A stretch of 49,658 nucleotides of DNA from Methanotrichaceae archaeon (GCA_963803145.1 CAWDLW010000004.1:1-49658); one strand, 5' to 3'; numbered from the stretch's first letter, positions 1-10,835 are shown. Notes: a model not told the origin generated them from the sequence alone. Program-made: numbers and translations.

Positions 1-2
1 CG

Positions 3-1928
3 TCAAAGGAGCTCGTCGAGAATTCTAATGTAATGAAGTGGATGAAGGAAAAGGGGTTCAAGACCGAGCGCGAGATGCGCCTATGGTGCTCTGCCAATTA
101 CATCCAGTTCTGGGGCGAGATGGCCAAGACCTATGCAGATTGGTTCGAGCCATGGGGTTCGACCCTGGAATGGAAGCCACCTTATGCCCGCTGGTTCGTG
201 GGCGGCAAGTGCAACGTGGCCTATAACTCCGTGGATAGGCATGCCAAGGGCGCGAAAAAGGATAAGGTAGCATACGTTTTCGTGCCGGAACCAACCGACC
301 AGCCCACTCAGAAGATCACTTATTTGCAGCTCTACAAGGAGGTCAACAAGTTCGCTAACGGCCTCAAGAGCCTGGGCGTCGGAAAGGGAGATAGAGTCAT
401 GCTGTACATGCCCATGATCCCCCAACTGCCCATAGCAATGCTCGCTATCGCCAAGATCGGAGCAATTCACTGCATTGTGTTCTCTGGATTTTCTTCAGGC
501 GGCCTTAACAGCAGGATCCTGGATGCTGAGGCCAAAGTGGTTGTGACTGTTGATGGATTTTACAGGCGCGGCAAGCCACTGCCCCTCAAGCCAAATGTAG
601 ATGAGGCTACCGCCAATACTCCATCCGTCAAGAATGTAGTAGTGTACAAGAGGGCGGGCATTACTGTCCCCATGAAGGAGGGCAGAGATATCTACTGGTC
701 CGACCTGGTGGCAGGAAAGTCTGAGGAGTGCGAGTGCGAGAAGATGGATTCTGAGGACAGGCTGTTCATCCTGTACACCTCCGGAACCACTGGTAAGCCA
801 AAGGGCATCGAGCATGTCCATGGTGGCTACCAGGTAGGTCCAGCTCAAACTCTGCATTGGGTCTTCGATATCAAAGACACTGATGTATGGTGGTGCACAG
901 CAGATATCGGATGGATCACCGGCCACAGCTACATAGTCTATGGACCACTGGTGCTGGGTGCCACATCACTGATGTACGAGGGTTCTCCGGATTACCCAGA
1001 CTTAGGCAGATGGTACAAGATCATCCAGGAGAACAAAGTGTCAGTGCTATACACAGCACCTACAGCAGTCAGGATGTTAATGAAAGCTGGGGACCAGTGG
1101 GCCAAACCGTACAACCTTTCCGGCCTAAGGCTGCTCGGATCTGTTGGTGAGCCCATCAACCCAGAGGCATGGATCTGGTATAGAAACACCTTCGGCGGTG
1201 GCAAGCTGCAGATCATGGATACCTGGTGGCAGACTGAAACAGGCACATTCCTGGTTTCGCCTCTGCCAACCACGCCACTCAAGCCAGGATCGTGTACTTT
1301 CCCGCTGCCAGGATTCAACATCGATATCCTCGACGAGGATGCTAACCCTGTTGCACCCGGCACAGGAGGCAATATAGTCAGTAATACACCCTGGCCGTCG
1401 ATGCTCAGGGCCTTCTACAAAGACCCAGTGAGGTACCAGAAGGAGTACTGGTCCACTTATTGGGAGATCAGGCCCGGCACATACCTGGCTGGCGATAAGG
1501 CCACAAAGGACAAGGATGGATACTTCTTCATCCAAGGCAGGATTGACGACGTGCTGAAGATTGCTGGACACAGGATCTCCAATGCTGAGGTCGAGTCCGC
1601 TCTGGTCAGCCATCCAAAGGTTGCAGAGGCAGCAGTTATCGGCAAGCCTGACGAGGTCAAAGGCGAGGTCATCGTAGCCTTCGTCATCCTCAGAACAGGA
1701 AACGTGGAGAGCGAGGAACTGAAGAAGGAGCTGGCCAAGCACGTCAGGACAGTTCTTGGGCCAGTCGCCTATCCGGAGACGGTCTTATTCGTGAAAGACG
1801 TTCCAAAGACCAGGTCTGGCAAGATCATGCGCCGGGTTATCAAGGCTAAGGCCTTGGGCAATCCAACTGGAGATCTATCTGCTCTGGCTAATCCAGAAGC
1901 CGTGGATGCAATTCCGCTCATCAAGTGA
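3..1928 (+). CDS. acs: Acetyl-CoA synthetase (AMP-forming), copy 1; 5' end lies outside the window
   Basis: Motifs [23 protein letters not shown] and [11 protein letters not shown]. The frame is open from base 3 ([11 protein letters not shown], matching [10 protein letters not shown] of copy 2), so the real start is upstream. Confidence 0.97.
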   Translation, partial: SKELVENSNVMKWMKEKGFKTEREMRLWCSANYIQFWGEMAKTYADWFEPWGSTLEWKPPYARWFVGGKCNVAYNSVDRHAKGAKKDKVAYVFVPEPTDQPTQKITYLQLYKEVNKFANGLKSLGVGKGDRVMLYMPMIPQLPIAMLAIAKIGAIHCIVFSGFSSGGLNSRILDAEAKVVVTVDGFYRRGKPLPLKPNVDEATANTPSVKNVVVYKRAGITVPMKEGRDIYWSDLVAGKSEECECEKMDSEDRLFILYTSGTTGKPKGIEHVHGGYQVGPAQTLHWVFDIKDTDVWWCTADIGWITGHSYIVYGPLVLGATSLMYEGSPDYPDLGRWYKIIQENKVSVLYTAPTAVRMLMKAGDQWAKPYNLSGLRLLGSVGEPINPEAWIWYRNTFGGGKLQIMDTWWQTETGTFLVSPLPTTPLKPGSCTFPLPGFNIDILDEDANPVAPGTGGNIVSNTPWPSMLRAFYKDPVRYQKEYWSTYWEIRPGTYLAGDKATKDKDGYFFIQGRIDDVLKIAGHRISNAEVESALVSHPKVAEAAVIGKPDEVKGEVIVAFVILRTGNVESEELKKELAKHVRTVLGPVAYPETVLFVKDVPKTRSGKIMRRVIKAKALGNPTGDLSALANPEAVDAIPLIK

Positions 1929-1935
1929 GCGGCCA

Positions 1936-1951
1936 TTTTTTAATTTTTTTT
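1936..1951 (+). terminator. Oligo-T archaeal-type terminator after acs copy 1
   Basis: ttttttaatttttttt lies just after the stop. Similar T-tracts follow copy 2 (~4302-4315) and copy 3 (~6668-6685). Confidence 0.55.
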
Positions 1952-2091
1952 ACAATATTTTTGAAACGATTTTACTGATTCTGTTAATTTGAATTTCAGT
2001 ATATTTTGGCGATTTCTGATTAAAAATTCTTCAGAAATTGACCATTTTTTGCATTAATTATGATAATAATCTATAATTAAATAAATTTCTC

Positions 2092-2111
2092 CGCGATAAG
2101 TTTATAAATGA
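2092..2111 (+). promoter_or_regulatory. BRE/TATA promoter of acs copy 2
   Basis: cgcgataag-TTTATAAA-tga, nearly identical to the motif upstream of copy 3 (cgcgatacc-TTTATAAA-tga). Confidence 0.75.
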
Positions 2112-2294
2112 AAGACAGCTATAATTATCGATCGTCACAGTGTTTCCTAGACAGCTCTAAGTCGGAGATGTTTGATATTACAGATAATCCAGGGATTGAG
2201 CAAGAGGGAAGGCGATAAAATTTGAGGGTATTCTGCTTTTTCCTTTTGTGTATGTCTAGAGGAAACATGTGGGGATTTATAAAGGAGGTTCAAA

Positions 2295-4283
2295 ATGGCT
2301 GAGCAAAAAGCAACAACATCTGTTCTACTTGAGGAAACAAGAATATTCGAGCCGCCAAAGGATCTCGTTGAGAACTCCAATGTCATGAAGTGGATGAAGG
2401 CCAAGGGATTCAAGAACGAGCGCGAGATGCGTGCCTGGACCGGCCAGAATTTCATAACGTTCTGGGGCGAGATGGCAAAGACCTATGCCGATTGGTTTGA
2501 GCCCTGGGCACAGACCCTAAACTGGGTGCCGCCCTATGCCAAGTGGTTCGTAGGTGGCAAGTGTAACGTTGCCTATAATGCTGTAGATAGGCATGCCAAG
2601 TCAGCCAAGGCTGATAAGGTAGCTTACATATTCGTCCCCGAGCCCACCGACCAGCCCACTCAGAAGATCACCTATGGCGATCTGGCCAAGAGGGTCAACA
2701 AGCTTGCCAATGGTCTAAAGAGCCTGGGAGTTGTGAAGGGCGACAGGGTCAGTATCTACATGCCCATGATCCCCGAGACTCCAATTGCAATGCTCGCATG
2801 CGCCAAGATAGGTGCCATCCACTCGGTAGTGTTCTCTGGATTCTCCTCAGGTGGCCTGAACAGCCGTGTTCTGGATGCTGAGTCCAAGGTAGTTATTACC
2901 ACAGATGGCTTCTTCAGGCGCGGCAAGCCACTTCCACTCAAGCCCAATGTGGATGAGGCAACTGCCAATACTCCATCCGTCAAGAACGTAGTGGTAGTAA
3001 AGAGAGCAGGCATCGACGTGCCCATGAAGGCAGGCAAGGATATCTGGTATCATGACCTGGTAGCCAAGCAGTCCGATGTATGCGAATCTGAGAAGATGGA
3101 TGCTGAGGACAGGTTGTTCATTCTGTACACATCTGGAACAACCGGCAAGCCCAAGGGTATCGAGCACGTCCACGGCGGATATTGTGTCACTCCTGCCCAG
3201 ACACTCGCTTGGGTATTCGATATCAAGGACAACGATGTCTGGTGGTGTACAGCCGATGTTGGATGGATCACCGGTCACAGCTACGTGGTCTATGGACCAC
3301 TCTGCCTTGGTTGCACATCAATGATCTATGAGGGATCTCCTGACTATCCAGACTTCAGCAGGATGTTCAAGATCATCGAGGATAATAAAGTCAGCGTCTA
3401 CTACACGGCACCTACAGCCATCAGAATGTTCATGAAGGCTGGAGATAAGTGGCCAAAGATGCACGACATCTCGAGCCTGCGCCTACTAGGATCCGTCGGT
3501 GAGCCCATCAACCCAGAGGCATGGATCTGGTACAGGAACAACTTCGGTGCTGGCAAGCTTCAGATCATGGATACCTGGTGGCAGACTGAGACAGGATGCT
3601 TCCTCGTATCGCCATTGCCCATTACTCCACTGAAGCCCGGATCCCCAACATTCCCGCTTCCCGGATTCAACATTGATATCCTGGATGAGGATGCGAACCC
3701 AGTTCCACCAGGCTCCGGAGGCAACATCGTCAGCAACACACCCTGGCCAAGCATGCTCCGTGCCTTCTTCAGAGATGAAGTCAGGTACAAGAAGGAGTAC
3801 TGGCAGATGTACTGGGAGATTCGTCCTGGAACATACCTGGCTGGCGATAAGGCCACCAAGGATAAGGATGGATACTTCACCATACAGGGCAGGATCGACG
3901 ATGTGCTGAAGGTAGCAGGACACAGGATCTCCAACGCTGAGGTCGAGTCCGCTCTGGTCAGCCATCCAAAGGTTGCAGAGGCTGCAGTCATAGGCAAGCC
4001 CGATGAGGTCAAGGGCGAGGTCATAGTGGCTTTCGTCATACTCAGGACCGGAATGGAGGAGTCCGAGGATCTCAAGAAGGAGCTGGCCAAGCACGTCAGG
4101 ACAGTCCTCGGCCCAGTTGCATACCCAGAGGTCGTATACTTCGTCAAGGACGTTCCAAAGACAAGGTCCGGCAAGATCATGCGCCGTGTCATCAAGGCAA
4201 AGGCTTTGGGCAACCCGACTGGCGATATATCCGCTCTGGCTAACCCTGAGTCTGTGGATGCTATTCCGCTCATAAAGAAGTAA
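2295..4283 (+). CDS. acs: Acetyl-CoA synthetase (AMP-forming), copy 2
   Basis: 662 aa with all ACS motifs; aggagg RBS at 2283-2288. Confidence 0.98.
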   Translation: MAEQKATTSVLLEETRIFEPPKDLVENSNVMKWMKAKGFKNEREMRAWTGQNFITFWGEMAKTYADWFEPWAQTLNWVPPYAKWFVGGKCNVAYNAVDRHAKSAKADKVAYIFVPEPTDQPTQKITYGDLAKRVNKLANGLKSLGVVKGDRVSIYMPMIPETPIAMLACAKIGAIHSVVFSGFSSGGLNSRVLDAESKVVITTDGFFRRGKPLPLKPNVDEATANTPSVKNVVVVKRAGIDVPMKAGKDIWYHDLVAKQSDVCESEKMDAEDRLFILYTSGTTGKPKGIEHVHGGYCVTPAQTLAWVFDIKDNDVWWCTADVGWITGHSYVVYGPLCLGCTSMIYEGSPDYPDFSRMFKIIEDNKVSVYYTAPTAIRMFMKAGDKWPKMHDISSLRLLGSVGEPINPEAWIWYRNNFGAGKLQIMDTWWQTETGCFLVSPLPITPLKPGSPTFPLPGFNIDILDEDANPVPPGSGGNIVSNTPWPSMLRAFFRDEVRYKKEYWQMYWEIRPGTYLAGDKATKDKDGYFTIQGRIDDVLKVAGHRISNAEVESALVSHPKVAEAAVIGKPDEVKGEVIVAFVILRTGMEESEDLKKELAKHVRTVLGPVAYPEVVYFVKDVPKTRSGKIMRRVIKAKALGNPTGDISALANPESVDAIPLIKK

Positions 4284-4503
4284 GCGGACTTCCACTCTCT
4301 CTTTCTTTTTTCTTTAAATTTTGTAAAATTATCGGGTTTGCTTTAGGATCGCTATGGGATATCTACCTAAGCCTTGCTCACTTGGATTATATGTATGAAC
4401 AAACAAAAACTCACTTTTTGTAGAAATACTTGACTAAATTATTGATATGTAATAGGAAATAATAGCAATAATCATTATTATTGAAAATAATGACCAATTT
4501 TAT

Positions 4504-4523
4504 CGCGATACCTTTATAAATGA
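4504..4523 (+). promoter_or_regulatory. BRE/TATA promoter of acs copy 3
   Basis: cgcgatacc-TTTATAAA-tga; the same motif precedes copy 2. Confidence 0.75.
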
Positions 4524-4674
4524 TCGAATAGTTTTCGATTCAATGTTTCCCAAGCCTTCCGAGCCTACTTATAGGACGATCAGGACAAGGAATCAAAGAG
4601 TTAGGAGAGATTTTCGTGAGTGAACCTGATCATTACGGGAGCGGGAAATAATTGATATTAAAGGAGGAATAAGG

Positions 4675-6663
4675 TTGGCTGATACAGCGAAAACTGCTGT
4701 TCTACAGGAAGAGACTAGAATCTTCAATACTCCGCAGTGGATTATCGAGCACTCCAATGCATATCAGTGGATGAAGAAGAAGGGCTTCAAGACTGAGAAA
4801 GAGATGCGTGAGTGGTGCTCCGTAAACTACGTAGACTTCTGGGACGAGATGGCCCAGAGTTACGCTGACTGGTATAAGCCTTACACTCAGATTCTTGATG
4901 AGTCAGGCAAGCCCTACTACAAGTGGTTTACCGGCGGCAAGATCAACGTAGCCTATAACGCAGTTGACAGGCATGCACGATCGGAAAAGAGGAACAAGGT
5001 TGCATACTACTTCATAGGCGAGCCAGTTGGAGACACAAGGACCATCACCTACTATGAGCTCTATCGTGAGGTCAACAAGCTAGCAAACGCTCTGAAGAGC
5101 CTGGGCGTCGGGAAGGGTGACAGAGTAGTCTGCTATCTCCCAATGATTCCAGAGCTGCCCATGACCATGCTGGCCTGCGCCAAGATAGGTGCAATTCATA
5201 CGGTAGTCTTCTCAGGATTCTCCTCAGGCGGTCTGAACAGCCGCGTTAACGATGCTGAGGCCAAGGTAGTAGTCACATCCGATGGCTTCTTCAGGCGTGG
5301 AAAGCCACTTCCACTCAAGCCCAATGTTGATGAGGCCCTGAAGACGGCACCCTCAGTCAAGAAGGTAGTTGTAGTAAAGAGGACTGGCGTGCAGGTGCCC
5401 ATGACAGAGGGCAGGGATATTTACTACGATGAGCTTGTGAAGGGTCAGTCTTCCCAGTGCGAGACAACTCAGCTTGATCCCGAGGACAGGTTATTCATTC
5501 TCTATACATCTGGAACAACTGGCAAGCCTAAGGGTATCGAGCATGTCCATGGCGGATATGCCGTCGCTCCGGCTCAGACTCTATCTTGGGTGCTGGATGT
5601 ACACGATGATGACGTCTTCTGGTGCACAGCCGATGCCGGCTGGATCACAGGACACAGCTACGTGGTATATGGCCCGCTTTGCCTTGGCGCAAGCAGCATC
5701 CTATACGAAGGCTCCCCGGACTTTCCAGACCTGGGACGCTGGTGGTCCATCATTGAGCAGTACGGCGTCAACGTCTTCTACACTGCACCTACTGCCATTA
5801 GGATGTTTATGAAGACCGGCGAGGAGTTCGTCAAGAGGTACGACCTCTCCAGTGTCAGGGTGCTGGCCTCTGTAGGCGAGCCTTTGAACCCTGAGGCATA
5901 CATCTGGTTCAGGAAGAATATCGGTGCTGATCAGTCCCCAATCATTGATACATGGTGGCAGACTGAGACAGGATGCCACGTCATTGCTCCTATGGTTATG
6001 ACACCTGAGAAGCCCGGATCAGTAGCATTCCCGCTTCCAGGATTCAACACCGATATATTCGACGAGGATGCGAACTCCGTTCCACTGGGCTATGGTGGCA
6101 ACATCGTCCAGAAGACTCCCTGGCCAAGCATGCTCCGTGCCTTCTTCAGAGATGAAGTCCGGTACAAGAAAGAGTACTGGGAGATGTACTGGCAGACCAA
6201 GCCCGGAACTTACCTTGCTGGCGATAAGGCAACCCGTGACAAGGACGGCTACTGGTGGATCCAGGGCAGAATCGACGATGTGCTGAAGGTAGCTGGACAC
6301 AGAATCTCCAATGCTGAGGTCGAGTCCGCAGCCGTATCCCACCCGAAGGTCGCAGAGGCAGCCGTCATAGGTCAGCCCGATGAGGTCAAGGGCGAAGTCA
6401 TAGTGGCTTTCGTCATTCTTAAGACCGGTGTCCAAGAGAGTGAGGATCTAAAGAAGGATATATCCAAGCACGTCAGGACAGTCCTCGGCCCAGTCGCCTA
6501 CCCAGACAAGGTCTACTTCGTAAAGGATGTGCCAAAGACAAGATCCGGCAAGATCATGCGCCGTGTCATCAAGGCAAAGGCTCTTGGCAAGGAGACCGGC
6601 GATCTGTCTGCTCTGGCCAATCCAGAATCCGTAGAGAACATTCCGCTCATTAACAAGAAGTGA
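4675..6663 (+). CDS. acs: Acetyl-CoA synthetase (AMP-forming), copy 3 (TTG start, most divergent of the three)
   Basis: 662 aa with all ACS motifs; aggagg RBS at 4662-4667. Confidence 0.98.
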   Translation: MADTAKTAVLQEETRIFNTPQWIIEHSNAYQWMKKKGFKTEKEMREWCSVNYVDFWDEMAQSYADWYKPYTQILDESGKPYYKWFTGGKINVAYNAVDRHARSEKRNKVAYYFIGEPVGDTRTITYYELYREVNKLANALKSLGVGKGDRVVCYLPMIPELPMTMLACAKIGAIHTVVFSGFSSGGLNSRVNDAEAKVVVTSDGFFRRGKPLPLKPNVDEALKTAPSVKKVVVVKRTGVQVPMTEGRDIYYDELVKGQSSQCETTQLDPEDRLFILYTSGTTGKPKGIEHVHGGYAVAPAQTLSWVLDVHDDDVFWCTADAGWITGHSYVVYGPLCLGASSILYEGSPDFPDLGRWWSIIEQYGVNVFYTAPTAIRMFMKTGEEFVKRYDLSSVRVLASVGEPLNPEAYIWFRKNIGADQSPIIDTWWQTETGCHVIAPMVMTPEKPGSVAFPLPGFNTDIFDEDANSVPLGYGGNIVQKTPWPSMLRAFFRDEVRYKKEYWEMYWQTKPGTYLAGDKATRDKDGYWWIQGRIDDVLKVAGHRISNAEVESAAVSHPKVAEAAVIGQPDEVKGEVIVAFVILKTGVQESEDLKKDISKHVRTVLGPVAYPDKVYFVKDVPKTRSGKIMRRVIKAKALGKETGDLSALANPESVENIPLINKK

Positions 6664-6779
6664 GCAAATTTTCTCTCTATTTTTTAACGAGATTCAATTA
6701 AGTAAAATAATTCTTTGCAGGCTTTTGCCCGTAAATTCGGATGAAATACGTTTTATATCCCAGCTGCCGAAGGTTATAT

Positions 6780-7115
6780 GTGAGACGCAGAAAGAACGCA
6801 CAGAAGTCAAGAGAAATCTCAATAGAACGCATGCATCGGCTCTTTGAGCTTGCTTCTACAGAGCACAAGTTACATCCCGATAGAAGTGATAGATATGTTC
6901 AAATTGCTCGCCATATCAGCACCCGCATGAGGATCCGGATGCCACACCAATTAAAGAGTCAATTCTGCAAGCATTGTGGCTGTTACCTTCCTTCATCAGG
7001 CGTGAGAACTCGACTACATGATGGAGTACTTTCCGCCACCTGCCTGAGATGTGGAGGACAGGCAAGAAGGCCATATAAAACCGGAATGCCAATGTCAGTA
7101 ATAGAAGGAAAATAG
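6780..7115 (+). CDS. rnp4: Ribonuclease P protein component 4 (Rpp21)
   Basis: IERMHRLFELA...RYVQIARHISTRMRIRM plus zinc ribbon CKHC...CLRC and RRPY. Probable GTG start at 6780 (ORF track starts at 6741). Confidence 0.92.
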   Translation: MRRRKNAQKSREISIERMHRLFELASTEHKLHPDRSDRYVQIARHISTRMRIRMPHQLKSQFCKHCGCYLPSSGVRTRLHDGVLSATCLRCGGQARRPYKTGMPMSVIEGK

Positions 7116-7131
7116 GCCAGGACGCTTTCTT

Positions 7132-8928
7132 ATGAGCTCCATTGATGCTTCGGGCCTCCGAGGTATTCGCCCACTTTTATGTAATCCTGCAAATATGCCT
7201 AGCATTGCCAGCGCCGACGATAGAGATGCTTTGGAGAAGCTGCTGGGAGACGTATTGCAAGATCACCACTTGAGATGGGCTGCAGCCCGCAGACTTGGAG
7301 ATATCGGCAATCCAAAATCAACAAGAGCATTATGTATCGCTCTTGAGGATAAATATCCTTCAATTAGGTTTGAGGCTATTACAGCTCTCGGCAAGATCGG
7401 GAGAAAGCCAGCCTGCGAAGCTCTCTCAAATCTGCTGGATTGTGAAAGCCAATATGTTCGTGGCATGGCTGCCAGAGCATTAATAAAAAGTTTAGGGGTG
7501 CCAGATTCCCGCGAGGAGAATCTTGGGAAGCTTATGAAGCTCATCTGCTCAGGAGATATGCGAATCAAGAGAGCAGTTCTCGATATAGGTCCCCCTTCAA
7601 TCAATCTTCTAATAACGCGGCTCAAAAGCAGCTCATTTACAGAGCGCCAGGAAGTTGCCGCTACAATAGCATTGCATATCCGAGAACTCATAGATCAGCT
7701 CCCCCCTGGAGAAACCATTTTTTCATGGCTGGCAGGACAGGGCTTCTCCGTAAAGTCTATAGCAGATCTATATAGTTTTAGGATCTGCCGCATAGGCAAG
7801 ACTGTGGATAGGGCTGAGAACTCTGGATTTGATGTCATCTCAAAGACGTTATGCCGGGATAGATTAATACTGAGATTATTGCCGGAAACTTTTGACCTTC
7901 CCGAGCCTGATCCTGAGCCTGAAATAATGACTATCAATCTAAAGGATCTTATTTCAGAACATGCCTCAGGTGAGGTCGAAAAAGTGGGCAGAACACTTGT
8001 GGTGCCTTTGGGCAGTGCATGTCTCGCTATCAAGATTTGCATGAATGACGGAGATAAGGTAAAGCTTTCCGCCGAAGCCCGAATGCAGAGAATGCTTGCG
8101 ACCTTCGAACTATCAAGCAGGCTGCCTCACCCTTTGGGCGGTCTCTTCAAGTTACAGGGGCTTCCTGATTGCGTTCAAGATCTTAAGCTCTCGGAACTTT
8201 CGGGATCCCATGCCATCTGCTATATCACAGATAGCGATTATTTCCGGTATCTGGGTGATCCAGCTATATCTATAGAAGAGATGAAGTTGGCACTAGCATC
8301 ATGCGCTATGGACCTCGGAACGCTCATGAGAAGCGGCATAATTCACACATCGCTCATACCCTTATTCCATAACAGAGAACGCCCTGCAGGAGATAGCACA
8401 TATCGCTGGAATAGAAAAGTTGCAGGTAGGCTTGATAACTGGCTTGAGTCTTGCAGATATCCTAACCTGAGGCTATCTGGGATAGCTGATCTGGAGCATA
8501 TCGAGATTCAAACTGAAATTCCCGCCTGGGTATTACAATCTTATGCCGGAGAGCATCTTTTGAGCATGAGCCTAGTTCTAGGAAGCTACTTTTGCAGAAG
8601 AGATAGGTTTGATGAGAATGCACTGGGCTCCATCTTAAAGCACTGCTTCCTAAAGTACTGCTGCTCCATGGGAGGATCATCCGATATGGTTTCTGAATGC
8701 CTTTCTGAATGTATTGATTGGAGGGAGCTAGCTGGAAGGATGGCTGAGGAGATGGAGTCACATGCTACCCGCAAAACTGAGACTGGCAAAGTCGAGACTC
8801 GCGGAGCCAAGACTGTATCCCATCTTGGTCGCCCCAATGGATACTTCCCAATACCTGAGCTAATAAGGGCCATCCATATAACCTCGCTCTTTGCAGTGCT
8901 CGAGCTTCAGGCAGGCAGTCGATGCTGA
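7132..8928 (+). CDS. HEAT-repeat protein fused to a SidJ-related pseudokinase (putative polyglutamylase)
   Basis: N-terminal HEAT/PBS-type repeats (LRWAAARRLGDIG, IRFEAITALGKIG, VRGMAARAL). C-terminal motifs GRTLVV, AIK, LFHN, GRLDNW, YPNLRLSGIADLEH and NGYFP match my recollection of SidJ catalytic motifs. Confidence 0.8.
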   Translation: MSSIDASGLRGIRPLLCNPANMPSIASADDRDALEKLLGDVLQDHHLRWAAARRLGDIGNPKSTRALCIALEDKYPSIRFEAITALGKIGRKPACEALSNLLDCESQYVRGMAARALIKSLGVPDSREENLGKLMKLICSGDMRIKRAVLDIGPPSINLLITRLKSSSFTERQEVAATIALHIRELIDQLPPGETIFSWLAGQGFSVKSIADLYSFRICRIGKTVDRAENSGFDVISKTLCRDRLILRLLPETFDLPEPDPEPEIMTINLKDLISEHASGEVEKVGRTLVVPLGSACLAIKICMNDGDKVKLSAEARMQRMLATFELSSRLPHPLGGLFKLQGLPDCVQDLKLSELSGSHAICYITDSDYFRYLGDPAISIEEMKLALASCAMDLGTLMRSGIIHTSLIPLFHNRERPAGDSTYRWNRKVAGRLDNWLESCRYPNLRLSGIADLEHIEIQTEIPAWVLQSYAGEHLLSMSLVLGSYFCRRDRFDENALGSILKHCFLKYCCSMGGSSDMVSECLSECIDWRELAGRMAEEMESHATRKTETGKVETRGAKTVSHLGRPNGYFPIPELIRAIHITSLFAVLELQAGSRC

Positions 8929-8998
8929 TATTCCAGTATGAGCTTTCGCTATATTACCGATAATCTAATCGATGTTATCCAGCTGTACGATTTCACAG

Positions 8999-9421
8999 CT
9001 AATCGTATCCAATGAACTGGAATATCAGCTCCTTTTTATCTTCGATAAGCTCCTTCTCTCGGCTAAGGATTTCCTTTACGAGGGGCACAATGGGCTTATT
9101 ATCGTCCCAGTTCCTGACCAGTATATCCTCGCTGCCAGACTCTTTCATAACCTGATCTGCAACAAATGCACAGAAGAAGATATCATCTACATAGCCAATA
9201 GGGCCAACCTCTTCCTCCGGTATAATATCTGCAGGTGCTATAAAGTAAGCTATTGCTGCAATCACCAGCGGCGAAAGCCTCTCTGGCAAGGCAGGATCAT
9301 CCAGGAGTTTGGTCATAAGCCTGTAGAGCGCCGGGGCCTCATGGATAAGCTCACTGAAGTCGCCCTCATAACCTGATACATCCTCTTCAAGCAGTAGATC
9401 GAATCTCTTCAATTTCACCAC
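8999..9421 (-). CDS. YkvA/DUF1232 family protein
   Basis: Signature AAIAYFIAPADIIPE...GPIGYVDD. Confidence 0.85.
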   Translation of the reverse strand: MVKLKRFDLLLEEDVSGYEGDFSELIHEAPALYRLMTKLLDDPALPERLSPLVIAAIAYFIAPADIIPEEEVGPIGYVDDIFFCAFVADQVMKESGSEDILVRNWDDNKPIVPLVKEILSREKELIEDKKELIFQFIGYD

Positions 9422-9614
9422 CTCCTCTGCCAGAGCTATTATGAATATTCTGGCCTTTGTAGATCTATAGGCATATGGTTAGTTAACTTTTGTGTATGAA
9501 GCATGTGATATAAGATTAATTGAGGGATCACTGCAGATGCGAGAGAATATAAAGGAACATAATGTCTAGCTATAATCTATAGCTGATTCTCTTGGTAAGG
9601 CAGAGGCGAGGAGA

Positions 9615-10523
9615 ATGGAGAAATATCGCATAATAGCAGCATTGCTCATAATAGGTTTCATCATTGCTATGATCATCGGCGTTCTATCGCTTTCAGACAG
9701 CAAGCAGGAGTGGCGTGTGAGCAGCGATGGAATCCTCGAATATTCTCTTTCATCTCCCGAATACCAGTTGACGCCATTAAATGCCGAGAACAGCACCGCG
9801 CTTTACAATGTCAAATTTACAAGCCGGGATGCACAAATATCAGGACTTCTTCTGATCCCAGAGCAGTTGAAGGGGGATAAGGCACAAAGTGTGCCTGGCA
9901 TAGTTTTGCTCCCCGGGGCGACTGTAACGAAGGAGCGTGAGCAAGGGCTGGCAAAATATCTGTGCAGCTTAGGCTATGCAAGCCTTACGCTGGATCAGCG
10001 CAATTTGGGCGGCATAGATATGGATGGCGATTTGCAAATGTTTCTGAAGGGTCAAGAGCCCACTGAAAATAAGATGGTATATGACGCCCTCGCAGCAGCA
10101 GAGATCCTTAGAAGCAGGCCGGAGATCGATCCGAACCGTATTATATACGCCGGAGAAAGCAATGGAGCACGTTTTGCGATCATTGCATGCGCTCTGGATC
10201 CTAAAGCCCGCGGCGTGATTGCCATCAGCACATCCGGCTTTAGTGTGAATCAGGCAATTGCCTCCGGGATGCTAAACGATCCTCAGATGATTCGGTTTTA
10301 TAGATCGATTGACCCTGAGACATATCTTGCCAAGATTCCTCCAAGAAAGCTGGTGATGATGCATTCGCAAAAAGATCCTATCATCCCTTATGAACAGGGG
10401 AAAGATTTGTTCTCAAAGGCATCTGAGCCAAAGGCGTTTTACACTGTAAACTGCTCTGTACACGGCCGCTGTGCTGAAATGGACCCATTTATTGAAAGTG
10501 AGCTAAAGAATATGAGCTCCTGA
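9615..10523 (+). CDS. Membrane-anchored alpha/beta hydrolase (dienelactone hydrolase/acetyl xylan esterase-like)
   Basis: N-terminal TM helix, nucleophile elbow GESNG, Asp in KDPII and His in VHG. Confidence 0.8.
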   Translation: MEKYRIIAALLIIGFIIAMIIGVLSLSDSKQEWRVSSDGILEYSLSSPEYQLTPLNAENSTALYNVKFTSRDAQISGLLLIPEQLKGDKAQSVPGIVLLPGATVTKEREQGLAKYLCSLGYASLTLDQRNLGGIDMDGDLQMFLKGQEPTENKMVYDALAAAEILRSRPEIDPNRIIYAGESNGARFAIIACALDPKARGVIAISTSGFSVNQAIASGMLNDPQMIRFYRSIDPETYLAKIPPRKLVMMHSQKDPIIPYEQGKDLFSKASEPKAFYTVNCSVHGRCAEMDPFIESELKNMSS

Positions 10524-10835
10524 TTGTCTATTTGAGAATTAGAGTGCTCTTAGGATAAACATAAAAGCGATAGATGTAAAGGCAATAGATATAAAACCGA
10601 TAGATCTAGAGGCCATCCCAAAACTCCGAGCATATTTTTATGTCCTTATGCTTTTGTAATTTAGTGCGGCTGAACAAGGCACTAAGATTCAAAGGCACAA
10701 TGCCGTTATTCAACCATTAAGCTGTTCTCAGTTCCGGAATGGCATTATGAAATGATGCTGGGAGCATATTGGTTATTGGTGTTAAGCCGAGCATCAAATC
10801 TAGGGCAAATCGCCATCCATATCTATGTTGATCTA

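Noticed and set aside
38-6435. Many antisense and alternate-frame ORFs inside the acs genes (e.g. 3486-4295, 3560-4273)
   Set aside because: They are shadows of strongly biased codon usage. They recur in each paralog and show no protein motifs.
8993-9001. TAG stop of the DUF1232 gene as a possible pyrrolysine codon
   Set aside because: Read-through would add only two residues before TGA, and there are no pyl genes in the window.
10562-10616. Short repeats as a CRISPR array
   Set aside because: They are degenerate head-to-tail 15-mers without spacers. I saw no repeat-spacer array anywhere in the window.
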